From Tubulanus polymorphus (lineage: Eukaryota > Animalia > Nemertea), in assembly GCF_964204645.1 (NCBI RefSeq), contig NC_134035.1:12742451-12806450 (forward strand): DNA of 64,000 nt. Reading direction: 5' to 3'. A program made the position numbers and the translations under genes. This document shows positions 63,741 to 64,000 of this stretch, piece by piece (position 1 is the stretch's first letter; every line of letters starts with the position of its first letter). Below the pieces are notes generated by a model that had not been told where the DNA came from, did no database searches, and saw only the letters and a program-made list of their open reading frames with translations.

Positions 63741-64000
63741 CTGTAGACCAGACTTAATCCGGATCAGTTTAATCAGACGTGTGATCTAATCCAGATATCA
63801 TTTACGGCACATCTATACATAAATATGTTTAATCCAGAGTTCTGATAAACCGGGCTGCTCAGTCATATCTTAGATTTAAGACCACACTAAGACCATTTTG
63901 GGTCTATAATGACCAATCCAAAAATTTTGGACTGTTTTTAAGATTTGAGACCTAAACACTTGTGGACTTGGGTCACGACTGTGTTACTGAGCCTAGGCCT

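Overview
AT-rich, intron-containing animal DNA, probably a marine invertebrate (taxon not determinable here). There are no prokaryotic features. Reading splice sites by hand gives six protein-coding loci: (1) a TMEM53/DUF829-like alpha/beta-hydrolase with a 1-nt frameshift; (2) an MS4A/CD20-like tetraspan with a single-exon CDS; (3) a Shisa-like type-I membrane protein; (4) a minus-strand phospholipase C delta-type gene (PH-EF-X-Y-C2, common exons 11801-22759); (5) an orphan secreted Cys-containing protein nested antisense in the PLC 5' region; (6) a 21-exon natriuretic-peptide-receptor-type guanylate cyclase. The most striking structure is in the PLC locus. About 9 ATG-initiated upstream ORFs across 23-44 kb each end in a phase-1 splice donor compatible with the first common PLC exon, suggesting a variable-first-exon cassette. 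The gene also has two minor-spliceosome (U12) introns, one AT-AC and one GT-AG. One intron holds 17 tandem 69-nt units, each folding as a minimal type-I hammerhead ribozyme on the pre-mRNA strand. Related hammerhead-bearing foldback elements occur elsewhere in the window. MITEs, SINE-like relics, minisatellites and microsatellites fill the rest. All exon structures are manual predictions without transcript evidence.
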